From the NCBI GenBank assembly GCA_963768835.1, contig CAVYJB010000001.1, forward strand, positions 281,903 to 345,902: a stretch of 64,000 nt of DNA, written 5' to 3'. Shown piece after piece: positions 16,343 through 26,369 of the stretch. The position numbers were made by a program, and so were the translations under genes. This DNA is from an uncultured bacterium (lineage in GTDB: Bacteria; Patescibacteriota; Minisyncoccia; UBA6257; GWB1-50-10). The number at the start of each line of letters is the position of its first letter. Position 1 is the stretch's first letter. A model generated the notes under the pieces. The model was not told the DNA's origin. It saw only the letters and a list, made by a program, of their open reading frames with translations, and made no database searches.

Positions 16343-19300
16343 CTATTGCCCCGTTCCAAACCCCACGTCATCGAGATACCAGGTGGTGGCGGTGCCGATA
16401 CCCCCGATATAGATGCGGGTGAGCTGGAAGCCTGCAGGGAGCTTGTAGTTCGCGAGGGGAATCGAGACTTCGGTCCACTGGTTGGCCCCAAGGGCGGGAG
16501 TGGGGGCTCCATAGAGGCCCGAAGGGCCTTGGAGGGTGGTGTGAAGCGTGATAGGGGTCGTGGGGTACACCCAGAACTGGAAGGTGGTGTAGCCGGAGAT
16601 CGATTGAGGAGAGGTCCAGGACTGGAAGCTCACGGAACCTGTGGGCTGGGAAACCGCCTTGATGGAGGCGCTGCCGGAGTGGACCTGCGCGGTGGAGTTG
16701 TACGTGTAGACTCCGCGGAAGGAGGCTTTCTGCCAGGGGGAAAGGAGGGAGTCCTGGTAGACGGAGAGGGAGGGGGAAGAACCGGAGGGAGGGGTGGGAG
16801 GGGGTGGCGTGGAGACGGGTGGCGTGGAGACGGGTGGCACAGGGGCAGCGCTTCCACTACTCACCTTCTCAAGTTTGCTGCCGTCAGACCAGCCTGTCGT
16901 TCCATCCGAATACGCGATCTTCCAGAAGGTGTAGCCAGAGGCAGCATCAGGGGAGGGACCCGCGAGGACAGTGCCTTGGGCACCTGCCACCTCGCACTTG
17001 TAGATGTTCGAGGGGATGGTGGGATTGTCGCGGGCATTCAGACAATCTGTTGTGAGAACGACGCGAATCGTGTCTCCAATCGTGAAAGCACCGCCACCAC
17101 CTCCTCCGCCTCCGCCACTACTCACCTTCTCAAGTTTGCTGCCGTCAGACCAGCCTGTCGTTCCATCCGAATACGCGATCTTCCAGAAGGTGTAGCCAGA
17201 GGCAGCATCAGGGGAGGGACCCGCGAGGACAGTGCCTTGGGCACCTGCCACCTCGCACTTGTAGATGTTCGAGGGGATGGTGGGATTGTCGCGGGCATTC
17301 AGACAATCTGTTGTGAGAACGACGCGAATCGTGTCTCCAATCGTGAAAGCACCGCCACCAACGACAGCTGGCGCCAGGACCGTCACCGGCTGCGAAGTCG
17401 CGGTGTTGCCCAGGGAGTCCGTGGCCTTCACGGTCAGAGTGTGGGAGGAACCGGCAGGAAGTCCGGAGGTGTTCCAGGAGAGGGTGTAGGGGGAGGTGGT
17501 GTCGGTGCCGATACTGGTACCGTCCACGAAGAACTGCACGCTTGCGAGGGTGGCGCCTGTCCCATGAGCCGAGGCGGAGGCGGCGAGGGTCACCGTACCC
17601 TGGACCGTGGCGCCCGAGGAAGGGGCGGTGAGGGAGACCGAGGGGGCGCTCGGGAGGGCGGTGTTGCTCACCGTGACCGCATAGCCCTGCGTGGTCGCAC
17701 AGTTGCTGTGGGTGTCACAGGCTTTCTCGGAGAGGGTGTGAGAACCGTTCGAAACACTGGTGGTATCCCAGGAGGCGGTATAGGGACTCGTGGTGTCGGT
17801 CGAGAGGAGGGAGCCGTCCACATAGAAGGAGAGGGAGGAGACCGCATCATCGGGATCGGAGGCCGTGGCACTCAAGGTCGCGGTGCCGGAGAGGGTCGCG
17901 CCCACGGCAGGCGCGGTCGGGGTGATGGTGGGAGCGGTGGTGTCGGCTCCGACGGTGCTCACCACCGTCACGGTGATGCCGGGGGTCGAGGCACAGTTCC
18001 CGTGGGTGTCGCAGGCCTTCGCGGAGAGGACATGGGAGGAACCATTGGGGAGGGAGGCGGTGTTCCAGATGGCCTGATACGGGGAGGTGGTATCGGTGCT
18101 GATGATCGTGGAACCGTCGTAGAAGGTGACGGAGGAGACCGCGTCATCCACGTCCGAGGCGCTTGCAGAAAGAGAGACGGATCCTGTGACCGAGGTACCG
18201 TTCTGAGGCCCATTCAGGGTGACGGAGGGGGCGGTGGTGTCGGTGCTAATGGGACCGCCGGTCGTACGCATTAGGACGTAAACCGCGAAGTCGGAACTTG
18301 TGTGCGAAATAGGGCGTGAATCGTTACCCACCTTGGGCGGAAGGGTGCCCCCCAGCGGTATCGAAATGGTGCCACCATTCCAAATGCCCGAGGCCACGGC
18401 GGGTCCGAAGTAGTTCTGCGCATCTTGAACGGTGTAGGAATTCCCCAGCGACAAGATCCCAGTCGGGTCCACGCTGACGGGGCTGGTCCCCTGCCAGTAC
18501 GCGACGATGTTGGCCCGGCCCGCCTCGTACTTATTGGGGCGGATGAACACCTTGCTCGTCGCCGGCTTGGCCGTCGTCGCAGCGTTGCCAGAGGGGATGG
18601 GGTCGTTCGTCACCGAGGTATCGTAAATCGTGTTCCCGCTGAAGGTCATGTTCGTATTGTTGTTGAGGGTCAGCGTCCCCCCCGCCATATAGTTTCCGGT
18701 AACCACAGCCCCTATCGTACCCAGCGCCCCGTAGCCGATGGGGTAGGCCATGAAAAACATGTTCGTCCCGGCGCCGCCCTGGCCGTCGAGATAGATCATG
18801 TTGTTCTCGATGACGGGATTTTGAGCGACGGCCGTTGCGCCGAGCAGAAAGTTACGCTCCCCGCCGTTGACAGCGACGTTCCCGTTGAACGTGATCCCGT
18901 CCAGAAACCCGCTTTCGGCGTACGCGTCTATGTTCGTCGAATACGCGCGCAGGAATATATTGTCGGCGACGGTCTTGGAGCCGGTATTCTGAATGGTTTG
19001 GATGTAAATGCCATGCCCGTGCGGCCGATCGGGGCCGGTCCAGCCATTGTCGTAAACGACGTTCCCGTAATACTCGGCTTGGTCGGCCTGCTGCCATGCG
19101 CTGAAGCCCTGCCGCGTGTCGTGAACAATGCAGTTGATGAACTTCATGCCCGGGTGCAGGCTTCCCTGATCGATCACCATGCCCTCGCCGCTGGGCAAGA
19201 TACTGGGCTTGGGCCAGGAGGGGTTCGGCACGCCCTTCGAATCGGGCCAGTAATTAGCCAGGCTCACAGGGATCCCAGAAATATCCTTGACGGGGGAAGA

Positions 19301-19699
19301 GCTCATGACCTCAAGACCCCAAAGCCAGGTATAGGACCCGCTCACCAGGAAAACGGGATTGCCGTTGGAATTTCCTCCGTCGATAGTGGCCCGCTGGCCG
19401 TTGTAGTTGCGGACGATAATAGGGCTGGATGCGGTCCCGTTAAGATTCGAAGTGAAGGTTCCGAAATACGTTCCTCCCAACAGCCAGATTGTATCGCCCG
19501 CATGGACGCTAGACGGCTGGTTCAGCGCCGTCTGGAGATCCCACGGACTCGACTGCGAGCCGCTGCCTCCCGAACTTCCGTTCGGGGATACGTACCACTG
19601 GGACGCCGCATGTACCTCGACCGGCGGCAGAACCGTTGCCGCTCCTACCGAACCGACGACTACCGCGCACACGAACAGGAGAATGGAAAACTTCTTCAT
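16343..19699 (-). CDS. large secreted multidomain protein: signal peptide, right-handed beta-helix (pectate-lyase-like), Ig-like domains, two identical SH3b-like modules, Pro/Thr linker, C-terminal CBM-like domain
   Basis: Start is taken at MKKFSILLFVCAVVVGSVGA (cat 19697-19699). The N-domain has the NxxGxxxxxIxxN-type beta-helix rhythm. Three Ig-like modules follow (VTFYDGSTIISTDTTSPY..., LSFYVDGSLL..., VQFFVDGTSIG...). The module GDTIRVVLTTDCLNARDNPTIPSNIYKCEVAGAQGTVLAGP...GYTFWKIAYSDGTTGWSDGSKL is repeated twice. The C-terminal ~150 aa look like a sugar-binding beta-sandwich. Confidence 0.75.
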   Translation of the reverse strand: MKKFSILLFVCAVVVGSVGAATVLPPVEVHAASQWYVSPNGSSGGSGSQSSPWDLQTALNQPSSVHAGDTIWLLGGTYFGTFTSNLNGTASSPIIVRNYNGQRATIDGGNSNGNPVFLVSGSYTWLWGLEVMSSSPVKDISGIPVSLANYWPDSKGVPNPSWPKPSILPSGEGMVIDQGSLHPGMKFINCIVHDTRQGFSAWQQADQAEYYGNVVYDNGWTGPDRPHGHGIYIQTIQNTGSKTVADNIFLRAYSTNIDAYAESGFLDGITFNGNVAVNGGERNFLLGATAVAQNPVIENNMIYLDGQGGAGTNMFFMAYPIGYGALGTIGAVVTGNYMAGGTLTLNNNTNMTFSGNTIYDTSVTNDPIPSGNAATTAKPATSKVFIRPNKYEAGRANIVAYWQGTSPVSVDPTGILSLGNSYTVQDAQNYFGPAVASGIWNGGTISIPLGGTLPPKVGNDSRPISHTSSDFAVYVLMRTTGGPISTDTTAPSVTLNGPQNGTSVTGSVSLSASASDVDDAVSSVTFYDGSTIISTDTTSPYQAIWNTASLPNGSSHVLSAKACDTHGNCASTPGITVTVVSTVGADTTAPTITPTAPAVGATLSGTATLSATASDPDDAVSSLSFYVDGSLLSTDTTSPYTASWDTTSVSNGSHTLSEKACDTHSNCATTQGYAVTVSNTALPSAPSVSLTAPSSGATVQGTVTLAASASAHGTGATLASVQFFVDGTSIGTDTTSPYTLSWNTSGLPAGSSHTLTVKATDSLGNTATSQPVTVLAPAVVGGGAFTIGDTIRVVLTTDCLNARDNPTIPSNIYKCEVAGAQGTVLAGPSPDAASGYTFWKIAYSDGTTGWSDGSKLEKVSSGGGGGGGGGAFTIGDTIRVVLTTDCLNARDNPTIPSNIYKCEVAGAQGTVLAGPSPDAASGYTFWKIAYSDGTTGWSDGSKLEKVSSGSAAPVPPVSTPPVSTPPPPTPPSGSSPSLSVYQDSLLSPWQKASFRGVYTYNSTAQVHSGSASIKAVSQPTGSVSFQSWTSPQSISGYTTFQFWVYPTTPITLHTTLQGPSGLYGAPTPALGANQWTEVSIPLANYKLPAGFQLTRIYIGGIGTATTWYLDDVGFGTGQ
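16854..17360. repeat. perfect tandem duplication, 2 x 261 bp (16854..17114 = 17115..17360), inside the giant protein gene
   Basis: Read off directly: tcaccttctcaagtttgctgccgtcagacc...cgtgaaagcaccgccacca occurs twice with a 261-bp period. Identical short ORFs are listed at 17004 and 17265. Confidence 0.8.
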
Positions 19700-19788
19700 G
19701 GTTGGGTTAAAAAAGGAGACCTTTTGATTGACTGGGTATATTATACATCGCCACGAATGGGATTCCATACGTTTAAAGTGCATAATCC

Positions 19789-19821
19789 CAAAAGAAAAGG
19801 AGGCGCCGCGGCGTCTCCTTG
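19789..19821 (-). terminator. rho-independent terminator after the hypothetical gene 19851..20369
   Basis: Minus strand reads GGAGACGCCGCGGCGCCTCCttttctttt (imperfect GC stem followed by a T-run). Confidence 0.45.
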
Positions 19822-19850
19822 TGATTCATACAATATCAGGCCAGAAAGCG

Positions 19851-20369
19851 TTATCGAGCGCCTCTCATCCGCTGTTCTAGTTCACGTCGAAGCTGCGCGC
19901 GGTATCGTTCCTGTGCTCCACCAATAAGTCTCTCGGTAGACCACGACGACGGTCTCTTGAAGCCTTGCGGCAGCGGGAGAAGTTGAAGCGCCACATCGAC
20001 CATCCGGGCCTCGGAGGTCAGCGCCCTCAAAGGATCTTTCTCGGCGTCTTCCCGGTACCACATCCGCAGTTCGTGGAGAAGGAGAATAGCAAGCGTGCGT
20101 TTGCTGGCGCGTTTGAGAGAAAAAACGGGGCGCACCCGGCTTGGAATCGGCGCCTTCCTCCCCGCAGCTTCTTCAAAGAGCCTCTGTGGTCTGAAAAAGT
20201 CGGGATTATACATATCCGGCATCGGCATAATGCCGATTGCCGATTCTAACAACACGCTCCTAAAGCCGCGACCCATCGAGACTCCACCCGCGTCGTGGGA
20301 CTGCCACAGTTGACGAAGGATGAGTCTCGCCACCTGCTCATTTGTCAGCGTAGAAAGTGACTGGTGCAC
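19851..20369 (-). CDS. hypothetical protein (172 aa)
   Basis: It is the only long ORF in a ~650-bp gap and is followed by a terminator-like hairpin on its own strand. No motif was recognised. Confidence 0.35.
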   Translation of the reverse strand: MHQSLSTLTNEQVARLILRQLWQSHDAGGVSMGRGFRSVLLESAIGIMPMPDMYNPDFFRPQRLFEEAAGRKAPIPSRVRPVFSLKRASKRTLAILLLHELRMWYREDAEKDPLRALTSEARMVDVALQLLPLPQGFKRPSSWSTERLIGGAQERYRAQLRRELEQRMRGAR

Positions 20370-20491
20370 GGAACCTCCGTTTTATAAAAGTGGTTTCTGC
20401 TTTGTTTCTACCACCCAGCCCCGCAAATATCAACCTATTAGAATATCAGAGCCGGGTCCTAAAGCAGGGGTGGCCTGTGCTAATATATCTC

Positions 20492-21499
20492 ATGGAGGAA
20501 TTGTTTAAGCCGTCTATGCCTCGTTTGTGGAAATTCATCGTCGTCATTGCCGCCCTCGCGGTGCTCATTGTTTTCTATAAAAGCGAATTGGGCGCGCCGG
20601 GGGGCGGCACCGGAATCGAGATATTCTCCGTCCCGCTCCACAGAACACGCGCGGAGGTCGTGCAGAGCCTTGTCATGGCGGGGTTCGTGAAGCACGCCTG
20701 GGCTCTGGACCTTGCGCTCACGCTCCGCGGGGCCCCGGTCGCGATCGTGCCGGGGGGATACAACCTTTCAAAATCTATGAATGTGTGGAGCGTGGCCGGC
20801 GTCCTGCTCTCCAAGTCCTCGCTCGTGTGGGTCACGGTCCCCGAAGGGCTCCGGAAGGAGGAGATTGCGGGGCTTCTTGCGGACGCGCTCGGGTGGACCG
20901 AAGCGCAACGGACCGAATGGATTGCACTCGATACCGCACAGAACTCCGACTATTTCGAGGGCGTCTACTTTCCTGAAACCTACCTCCTGCCGGCCAACGA
21001 CAACGGGCCGGACGTGGCCGCTCGCCTCATCGCCAAATTCAACGAGAAGTTCGCGCCGCTCGCGCCCGCATTCGCGAAACAAAATGTGAAATGGACCACC
21101 GCCGTGAAAATTGCTTCGCTCGTCCAGCGCGAGTCCGCGGGGCCCGATGACATGCCGCTCATCGCGGGTATCATCTGGAACCGGCTCCTCAAGAACATGC
21201 CTCTGCAAATCGACTCGACGGTCCAATACGCGCGGGGCGATACGGGGAAAGGTTGGTGGGCCCCCATCACTCTCGCGGACGAGAAGATCGACTCCCCTTA
21301 CAATACCTACCTTCATACGGGGTTGCCGCCCCACCCCATCGCGAACCCGGGGTTCGAGGCGCTCGCGGCGGTCCTCACGCCCACGACGACAACCTGCCTT
21401 TATTACCTCCACGACGCGAATCGGCAGATCCACTGCGCGGCGACGTACGCCGAGCACCTCCAGAACATCAATACCTATCTCTCCCCTAGCAATCCCTGA
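20492..21499 (+). CDS. mltG: endolytic murein transglycosylase MltG (YceG family)
   Basis: N-terminal TM segment, then the YceG-like block (GVYFPETYLLP...; LQIDSTVQYARGDTGKGWWAPIT...YNTYLHTGLPPHPIANPG). Start is taken at MEELFKPSM (ATG 20492), with TAATAT 5 nt upstream. Confidence 0.8.
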   Translation: MEELFKPSMPRLWKFIVVIAALAVLIVFYKSELGAPGGGTGIEIFSVPLHRTRAEVVQSLVMAGFVKHAWALDLALTLRGAPVAIVPGGYNLSKSMNVWSVAGVLLSKSSLVWVTVPEGLRKEEIAGLLADALGWTEAQRTEWIALDTAQNSDYFEGVYFPETYLLPANDNGPDVAARLIAKFNEKFAPLAPAFAKQNVKWTTAVKIASLVQRESAGPDDMPLIAGIIWNRLLKNMPLQIDSTVQYARGDTGKGWWAPITLADEKIDSPYNTYLHTGLPPHPIANPGFEALAAVLTPTTTTCLYYLHDANRQIHCAATYAEHLQNINTYLSPSNP

Positions 21500-21514
21500 A
21501 CCTAGAAACCGTCT

Positions 21515-22975
21515 CTATTCCTCTTTCTCGTAGAGCCGTCCGATGCCCAGGATATCCGCTTCATGGAACGGTCGCCCGATGAGCTGGAACCCAATGGGGA
21601 GCTCCTTGCCCCCCAAGGGGTAATTTTTTACCGGCAGGGAAAGGGCGGGAATCCCCGCGAGGTTCGTCTGCGTCGTGAAGATGTCGGAAAGATACATCGC
21701 GAGAGGGTCTGAGAGCTTCTCGCCGAACTTGAACGCGGGCGTCGGCGAGACGGGCGCGAGAATGACATTCACTCCGCCCCCCGCGGGATCGAAGGCGCGG
21801 TCGAAATCCTCTTTGATCAGCCGACGCACCCGCTGGGCCTTGGCGTAGTAGGCGTCATAGTAGCCGGAGGACAGCACGAAGGTGCCGAGGAGGATGCGAC
21901 GACGGGGCTCCGGGCCGAACCCTGCTCCGCGCGTTTTAAAGTAGAGTTCCCGAAGACTCTTCGCGTCCTCCGCGACCGCCGGGATGCCGGGGTAGCGGAC
22001 TCCCTCGAACCGGGCGAGGTTCGTCGAGACCTCGGCGGGCATGATGATGTAGTAGACCGAGAGCGCGTACTTCGTGTGCGGCAGGCTAATCTCCTTGAAG
22101 GTGAGCCCGAGCGACTTCAGCCGCTCCACGGCCGCCTCGATGCCCTTCGAAACCCTGGGATCGATCCCCTCGATGAAATATTCCTTCGGAATGCCGACCA
22201 CCATCTTCTTCGCCTTCTCCGGCGCGAGGGGAGTGTTTTCGAACTTGAAGTCCGTGCTCGTCGCGTCCAGGGGGTCCTGCCCCCGGATGGCGTTGAAGAG
22301 AAGCGCGGCATCTTCCACCGTCCGGGCGAGGGGCCCGATCTGGTCCAGGCTCGATCCCATCGCGATGAGGCCGAAGCGGGAAACGGCACCGTAGGTGGGG
22401 CGAAGCCCCACGATCCCGCAGAACGCGGCGGGCAGACAGATTGAGCCGCTCGTGTCGCTCCCCAGCCCCGCGAGCGCGAGGCCGGCGGCCACTGCGGCGG
22501 CGGACCCTCCTGACGAACCGCCGGGCACGCGGGTCGGATCATAGGGGTTCTTGGTCACCTTGAACGCCGAGTATTCGGTGGAGGAACCCATCGCGAACTC
22601 ATCAAGATTCGTTTTCCCCAAAAAGACCGCATCGGCTTCCTTGAGCTTCCGGATGACGGTCGCGTCGTAGCTCGCGCGGTAGTGCTCGAGCATCCGCGAG
22701 GCGGCCGTGGCGGGCGCTCCCTCGATGAGAATGTTGTCTTTCACCGCGAGCGGCGCTCCCGCGAGCGGCCCCAGATGTTCCCCTTCGGCGAGCGCGCGAT
22801 CCACGCGGCCGGCCGCCGCCACCGCGTCGTCCTTCAGAAGCGTGAGGTAGGCGCCGAGCTCTCCGTCACGCGCCTCGATCGCCTTGAAATATTCCTGGGT
22901 CGCCTCGAGCGCCGAAAACTTGCCGGCGCGGAGACCCTCTCCAAACGAACGGAGTGTGAGAGCGTTCGTATCCAT
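21515..22975 (-). CDS. gatA: Asp-tRNA(Asn)/Glu-tRNA(Gln) amidotransferase subunit A
   Basis: Amidase signature GGSSGGSAAAVAAGLA...GSDTSGSI.LPA; full-length at 486 aa. Confidence 0.9.
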   Translation of the reverse strand: MDTNALTLRSFGEGLRAGKFSALEATQEYFKAIEARDGELGAYLTLLKDDAVAAAGRVDRALAEGEHLGPLAGAPLAVKDNILIEGAPATAASRMLEHYRASYDATVIRKLKEADAVFLGKTNLDEFAMGSSTEYSAFKVTKNPYDPTRVPGGSSGGSAAAVAAGLALAGLGSDTSGSICLPAAFCGIVGLRPTYGAVSRFGLIAMGSSLDQIGPLARTVEDAALLFNAIRGQDPLDATSTDFKFENTPLAPEKAKKMVVGIPKEYFIEGIDPRVSKGIEAAVERLKSLGLTFKEISLPHTKYALSVYYIIMPAEVSTNLARFEGVRYPGIPAVAEDAKSLRELYFKTRGAGFGPEPRRRILLGTFVLSSGYYDAYYAKAQRVRRLIKEDFDRAFDPAGGGVNVILAPVSPTPAFKFGEKLSDPLAMYLSDIFTTQTNLAGIPALSLPVKNYPLGGKELPIGFQLIGRPFHEADILGIGRLYEKEE

Positions 22976-23256
22976 TATTCAAAAACCGGCGGGACTTTCA
23001 GGAATCCCTGCGCGGGTTTCGGAAGCGCCTGCACGGCCTTCTCGGATGCCACGCGGGGATGCTCCTCGCCCTGGAACACGTTCTCCAGGGAAGTTCCGCC
23101 CGCCATCGGCGCGACGGTCGTGGTATCAAGCTCTTTGAGCTCCTCAAAGTGCGCCAAAATCTTCTCCAGATCCTCCAGGATCTTCTTCTCTTCCGCTTTC
23201 GAGACCTCAATACGGGCAAGCTCCGCGAGATTTTCCAGCTCTTGGGGAGTGATCAT
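22975..23256 (-). CDS. gatC: Asp-tRNA(Asn)/Glu-tRNA(Gln) amidotransferase subunit C
   Basis: 93-aa acidic protein MITPQELENLAELARIEV...; stop overlaps the gatA start. Confidence 0.8.
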   Translation of the reverse strand: MITPQELENLAELARIEVSKAEEKKILEDLEKILAHFEELKELDTTTVAPMAGGTSLENVFQGEEHPRVASEKAVQALPKPAQGFLKVPPVFE

Positions 23257-23302
23257 GATTTCGTGGATGTGCTTCTAACCTTAGGGGGTCGGGCCTTGCC
23301 TG

Positions 23303-25336
23303 TCAACGAAGAAGCTTCAGAAACTCCTCCTCGCGGAGCACGGGAACACTGAGGGTGCGCGCGCGCGCGTACTTAGAACCCGGATTCTCCCCCACCACGA
23401 CGTAAGAGGTCTTGGGGGAAACGGTCTCCGAGACCTCGCCGCCGGCCGCCCGGATGCGCTCCTTGGCATCTTCCCGCTCCAGAGTGCGGAGTGTTCCGGT
23501 GAGAACGAAGGTCTTCCCCGCGAATTTTCCTTTCCGACCGGCCGCCTTCGGTGCCTCCACCTCGACGCCCGCGTCCGCGAGTCGCTCGAGAAATTTTATA
23601 TTGCGGGCGTCGCGGAACCACGCATAGATGCTCTCCGATACCTTGGGACCGATGTCCGACACGCGCTCCAGGTCCTCGCGGCCGAGCTTCGTGTAGCGCC
23701 CGATGAGCTCGGCAATCCCGTTCTTCTGCTTCCCGAGCGAGAACGTGGCGGCCAGAAGGTTCGCGGTCTCCTCCCCCACGTGCAGAATCCCGAGAGAGAA
23801 GAGGAATCGCGGGAGCGTGACGCTCCGTTTCGCGCGGATCTCATCCACGATATTCTCAGCGGATTTTTCCCCGAAATGCTTGAGAACCATAATGTCGCCT
23901 TTGTGGAGACTGAAGAGATCCGCGGCGTCCGTGATGAGCCCTTCATCCAGGAACCGGTCCAGAATCTTCGGCCCCAGCCCCTCGATATTGAACGCGGGTC
24001 GGGCCACGAAGTGGTAGAGGTGCTCGCGCAGGCGCGCGCCGCAACGGGAGTTCGAGCACCGCAGGATGGCTCCTTCCTTCACCACCTTCGAACCGTCCAC
24101 CGGACAGCGCGTCGGCATCTTGAACGGCCGCTCCTTGCCCGTCCGAAGGTCCCGAAGGACCTCTTGGACCTGCGGGATGACGTCCCCCGCCCGGGTCACG
24201 ACGACGGTGTCGCCCACGCGCACGTCGAGGCGTTTGATCTCGTCGAAATTGTGGAGTGTCGCGTGGGTGATGGTGATGCCGCCAAGCGAAACGGGCTGGA
24301 GCACCGCCACGGGGGTCAGGGCGCCGGTCCGCCCGACCTGCACCCGGATCTCCGCCACGCGCGTCGTCGCTTCGCGCGGCGAGAACTTATACGCGATAGC
24401 CGCACGGGGGGCCTTCCCCACGGCGCCCGCCTCCGCGAACGCGTGGTTCGAGTTCAGAATCGCCACCACGCCGTCGATCTCGTAGGGAAGTTCTCCGCGC
24501 TGCTTTTCCCAGCGGTCCCGGAACGCAATCGCCTCCGCGAGCGATTTCACATGCTGGTTGTGCGTATTCGTCTTGAAACCCAACTTCGCGAGCATGACGT
24601 GTTCCTCCTCGTGGGTCTTCGGCGCGAACCCCTCGACAATGGCGTATTCGAAGGAGTCGAGGCGGCGCGACGCAGTGACCTTGGGATCCAGCTGCCGGAT
24701 GGAACCCGCCGCGATGTTCCGGGGATTCGCGTAGACGCGCTCGCCTTTCTTTTTCTGCTCCGCGTTCACGCGCTCGAACTCCTCCCGCGTGATGAAAACC
24801 TCTCCGCGAACCACGAGCTTTTTCGGGACCGTCACGCCCGGCTCCCGGGGGACGATACGGAGCGGAATGGCCTTCACCGTCCGAAGATTCTGCGTCACGT
24901 CCTCGCCGATCTGCCCGTCCCCGCGCGTGGACCCTTGAACAAAAAGACCGTTCTCGTAGACAAGCTCAATCGCGAGCCCGTCGATCTTCAGTTCCACATA
25001 AAGCTCCGTCTCGACGCTCCGCTTCAAATAGTTTCCGAGCCGTTCGAACCACGCGCGGAAGTCCTCCGCCGTGAACACGTCGTTGAAGGAGAGCATCGGC
25101 GCGGTGTGACGCACCTTCCGAAACTCCTTGAGGGGCGCCCCGCCCACGCGCTGGGTCGGCGAGTCGGGCGTCACGAGGTCCGGGTATGCCGCTTCGAGCT
25201 TCGCGAGCTCCCGCGTCAGCGAATCGTAGATCTCGTCGGTGACCGAAGGATCGTCGAGCACGTGATACGCATAGCGATACCGGTCGATCTCATCGCGGAG
25301 TTTATGGATGCGCCCCTCGGCCTCTCGACGGTCCAT
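23303..25336 (-). CDS. ligA: NAD-dependent DNA ligase LigA
   Basis: KIDGLA adenylation motif, OB-fold, Zn-finger Cys cluster (CPVDGSKV...C..C), HhH and C-terminal BRCT (GKTFVLTGTL). Confidence 0.9.
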   Translation of the reverse strand: MDRREAEGRIHKLRDEIDRYRYAYHVLDDPSVTDEIYDSLTRELAKLEAAYPDLVTPDSPTQRVGGAPLKEFRKVRHTAPMLSFNDVFTAEDFRAWFERLGNYLKRSVETELYVELKIDGLAIELVYENGLFVQGSTRGDGQIGEDVTQNLRTVKAIPLRIVPREPGVTVPKKLVVRGEVFITREEFERVNAEQKKKGERVYANPRNIAAGSIRQLDPKVTASRRLDSFEYAIVEGFAPKTHEEEHVMLAKLGFKTNTHNQHVKSLAEAIAFRDRWEKQRGELPYEIDGVVAILNSNHAFAEAGAVGKAPRAAIAYKFSPREATTRVAEIRVQVGRTGALTPVAVLQPVSLGGITITHATLHNFDEIKRLDVRVGDTVVVTRAGDVIPQVQEVLRDLRTGKERPFKMPTRCPVDGSKVVKEGAILRCSNSRCGARLREHLYHFVARPAFNIEGLGPKILDRFLDEGLITDAADLFSLHKGDIMVLKHFGEKSAENIVDEIRAKRSVTLPRFLFSLGILHVGEETANLLAATFSLGKQKNGIAELIGRYTKLGREDLERVSDIGPKVSESIYAWFRDARNIKFLERLADAGVEVEAPKAAGRKGKFAGKTFVLTGTLRTLEREDAKERIRAAGGEVSETVSPKTSYVVVGENPGSKYARARTLSVPVLREEEFLKLLR

Positions 25337-25342
25337 GATGCG

Positions 25343-25792
25343 TTAGAATGTCGCCTCAAGCGCCCGGACGGCGCTCTTGGAGTACCCTTCGGAATTCAAC
25401 TGAATGGAGGGGGAAGCAGACACAATAGTCGATACAGTATAAACCTTGATATTCCCGGGGGGAGGGTCCACATCGCTGAACGTGGGGGCGGGCGGGACAC
25501 CGTTGGCCGCACACCATGCATTCACGGCGGAGGTGTTGGTCAAATCCAGCCCGATCGTCGACGCGACTTTCTGCGCTGAAAAGAAACAGTAGGTTTCCCA
25601 ATCTAGCCCCGCGTCAGCCGCGAAGAAGGCGCGCGCGGAATTTTCCGCGTCGTTCGCTTCGCGTATTTGATAGGTCACGAGGATGCCGGCAATGCCGGTA
25701 GCGGACAGGAGGAGCCCCCCGAGCATGAGAACGCTGAGGAGCATCACCTGTCCCCTTTTACCTCTTTGATTGTTTAAGAAATGGGTGGTCAT
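25343..25792 (-). CDS. PilX-like minor pilin / pilus assembly protein
   Basis: N-terminus QRGKRGQVMLLSVLMLGGLLLSATGIAGILV and the AFFAADAGLDW motif typical of the PilX N-terminal family. Confidence 0.55.
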   Translation of the reverse strand: MTTHFLNNQRGKRGQVMLLSVLMLGGLLLSATGIAGILVTYQIREANDAENSARAFFAADAGLDWETYCFFSAQKVASTIGLDLTNTSAVNAWCAANGVPPAPTFSDVDPPPGNIKVYTVSTIVSASPSIQLNSEGYSKSAVRALEATF

Positions 25793-25798
25793 GGAACA

Positions 25799-26365
25799 CT
25801 AGGGAAGTTCGAACGGCAGCGTTCGGGCGCTTACCGTGGTCTGGATCATCTCCTGCTGGCCCTGGAACTGCTTGTCCGTGGGGGCCACCGTGGCTATGAT
25901 CGTGACGCGCCAGGGGTCCGATGCACTGTTATGTTTCAGGACGAAGCAGAGGTTCTTCACTGCGATATTTGATGCAGTGAGCGGTTCCGGGTTCGCATTG
26001 TTCTCTGAACGGTCCACCGTTTCCGCAGCAGAGTCCCAGCTGTAATAGACGGGGACGAAACTCGCCACGCCCGGGCGAGTCCGTTCGAAATTAATCTGAG
26101 TGCCGCCCCCAGGACACCCGACACCTCCGGTCGAGAACCGGAACCCGGCGCGTATCTCGCGGGCCATCTGCTCCAGAACGAGGCTCATGTTGCTATTAAC
26201 TCCGATCATGCTCGTGAGCAACCGCTGGGAACGCAGACCCTGTACGAAGATACCCACCACGAGCCCCACGACGATAGAGAAAACGGAAAGAGCGACAAGG
26301 AGTTCCACGATCGTGAACCCTCGGGAGTTTTGGAGCGAACCCTGCGATTGTTGATATTCGTGCAT
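25799..26365 (-). CDS. type IV pilin-like minor pilin (PilW/PilV-like) with prepilin N-terminal methylation motif
   Basis: ...NSRGFTIVELLVALSVFSIVVGLVVG; start is taken at MHEYQQ (cat 26363-26365). Confidence 0.6.
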   Translation of the reverse strand: MHEYQQSQGSLQNSRGFTIVELLVALSVFSIVVGLVVGIFVQGLRSQRLLTSMIGVNSNMSLVLEQMAREIRAGFRFSTGGVGCPGGGTQINFERTRPGVASFVPVYYSWDSAAETVDRSENNANPEPLTASNIAVKNLCFVLKHNSASDPWRVTIIATVAPTDKQFQGQQEMIQTTVSARTLPFELP

Positions 26366-26369
26366 AAGT

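Noticed and set aside
16346-18274. 642-aa plus-strand ORF (Gly/Arg-rich) overlapping the giant beta-helix protein gene
   Set aside because: It is antisense to a well-supported minus-strand gene with a signal peptide and recognisable domains. Its composition (GGRG repeats) is typical of reading a GC-rich gene backwards.
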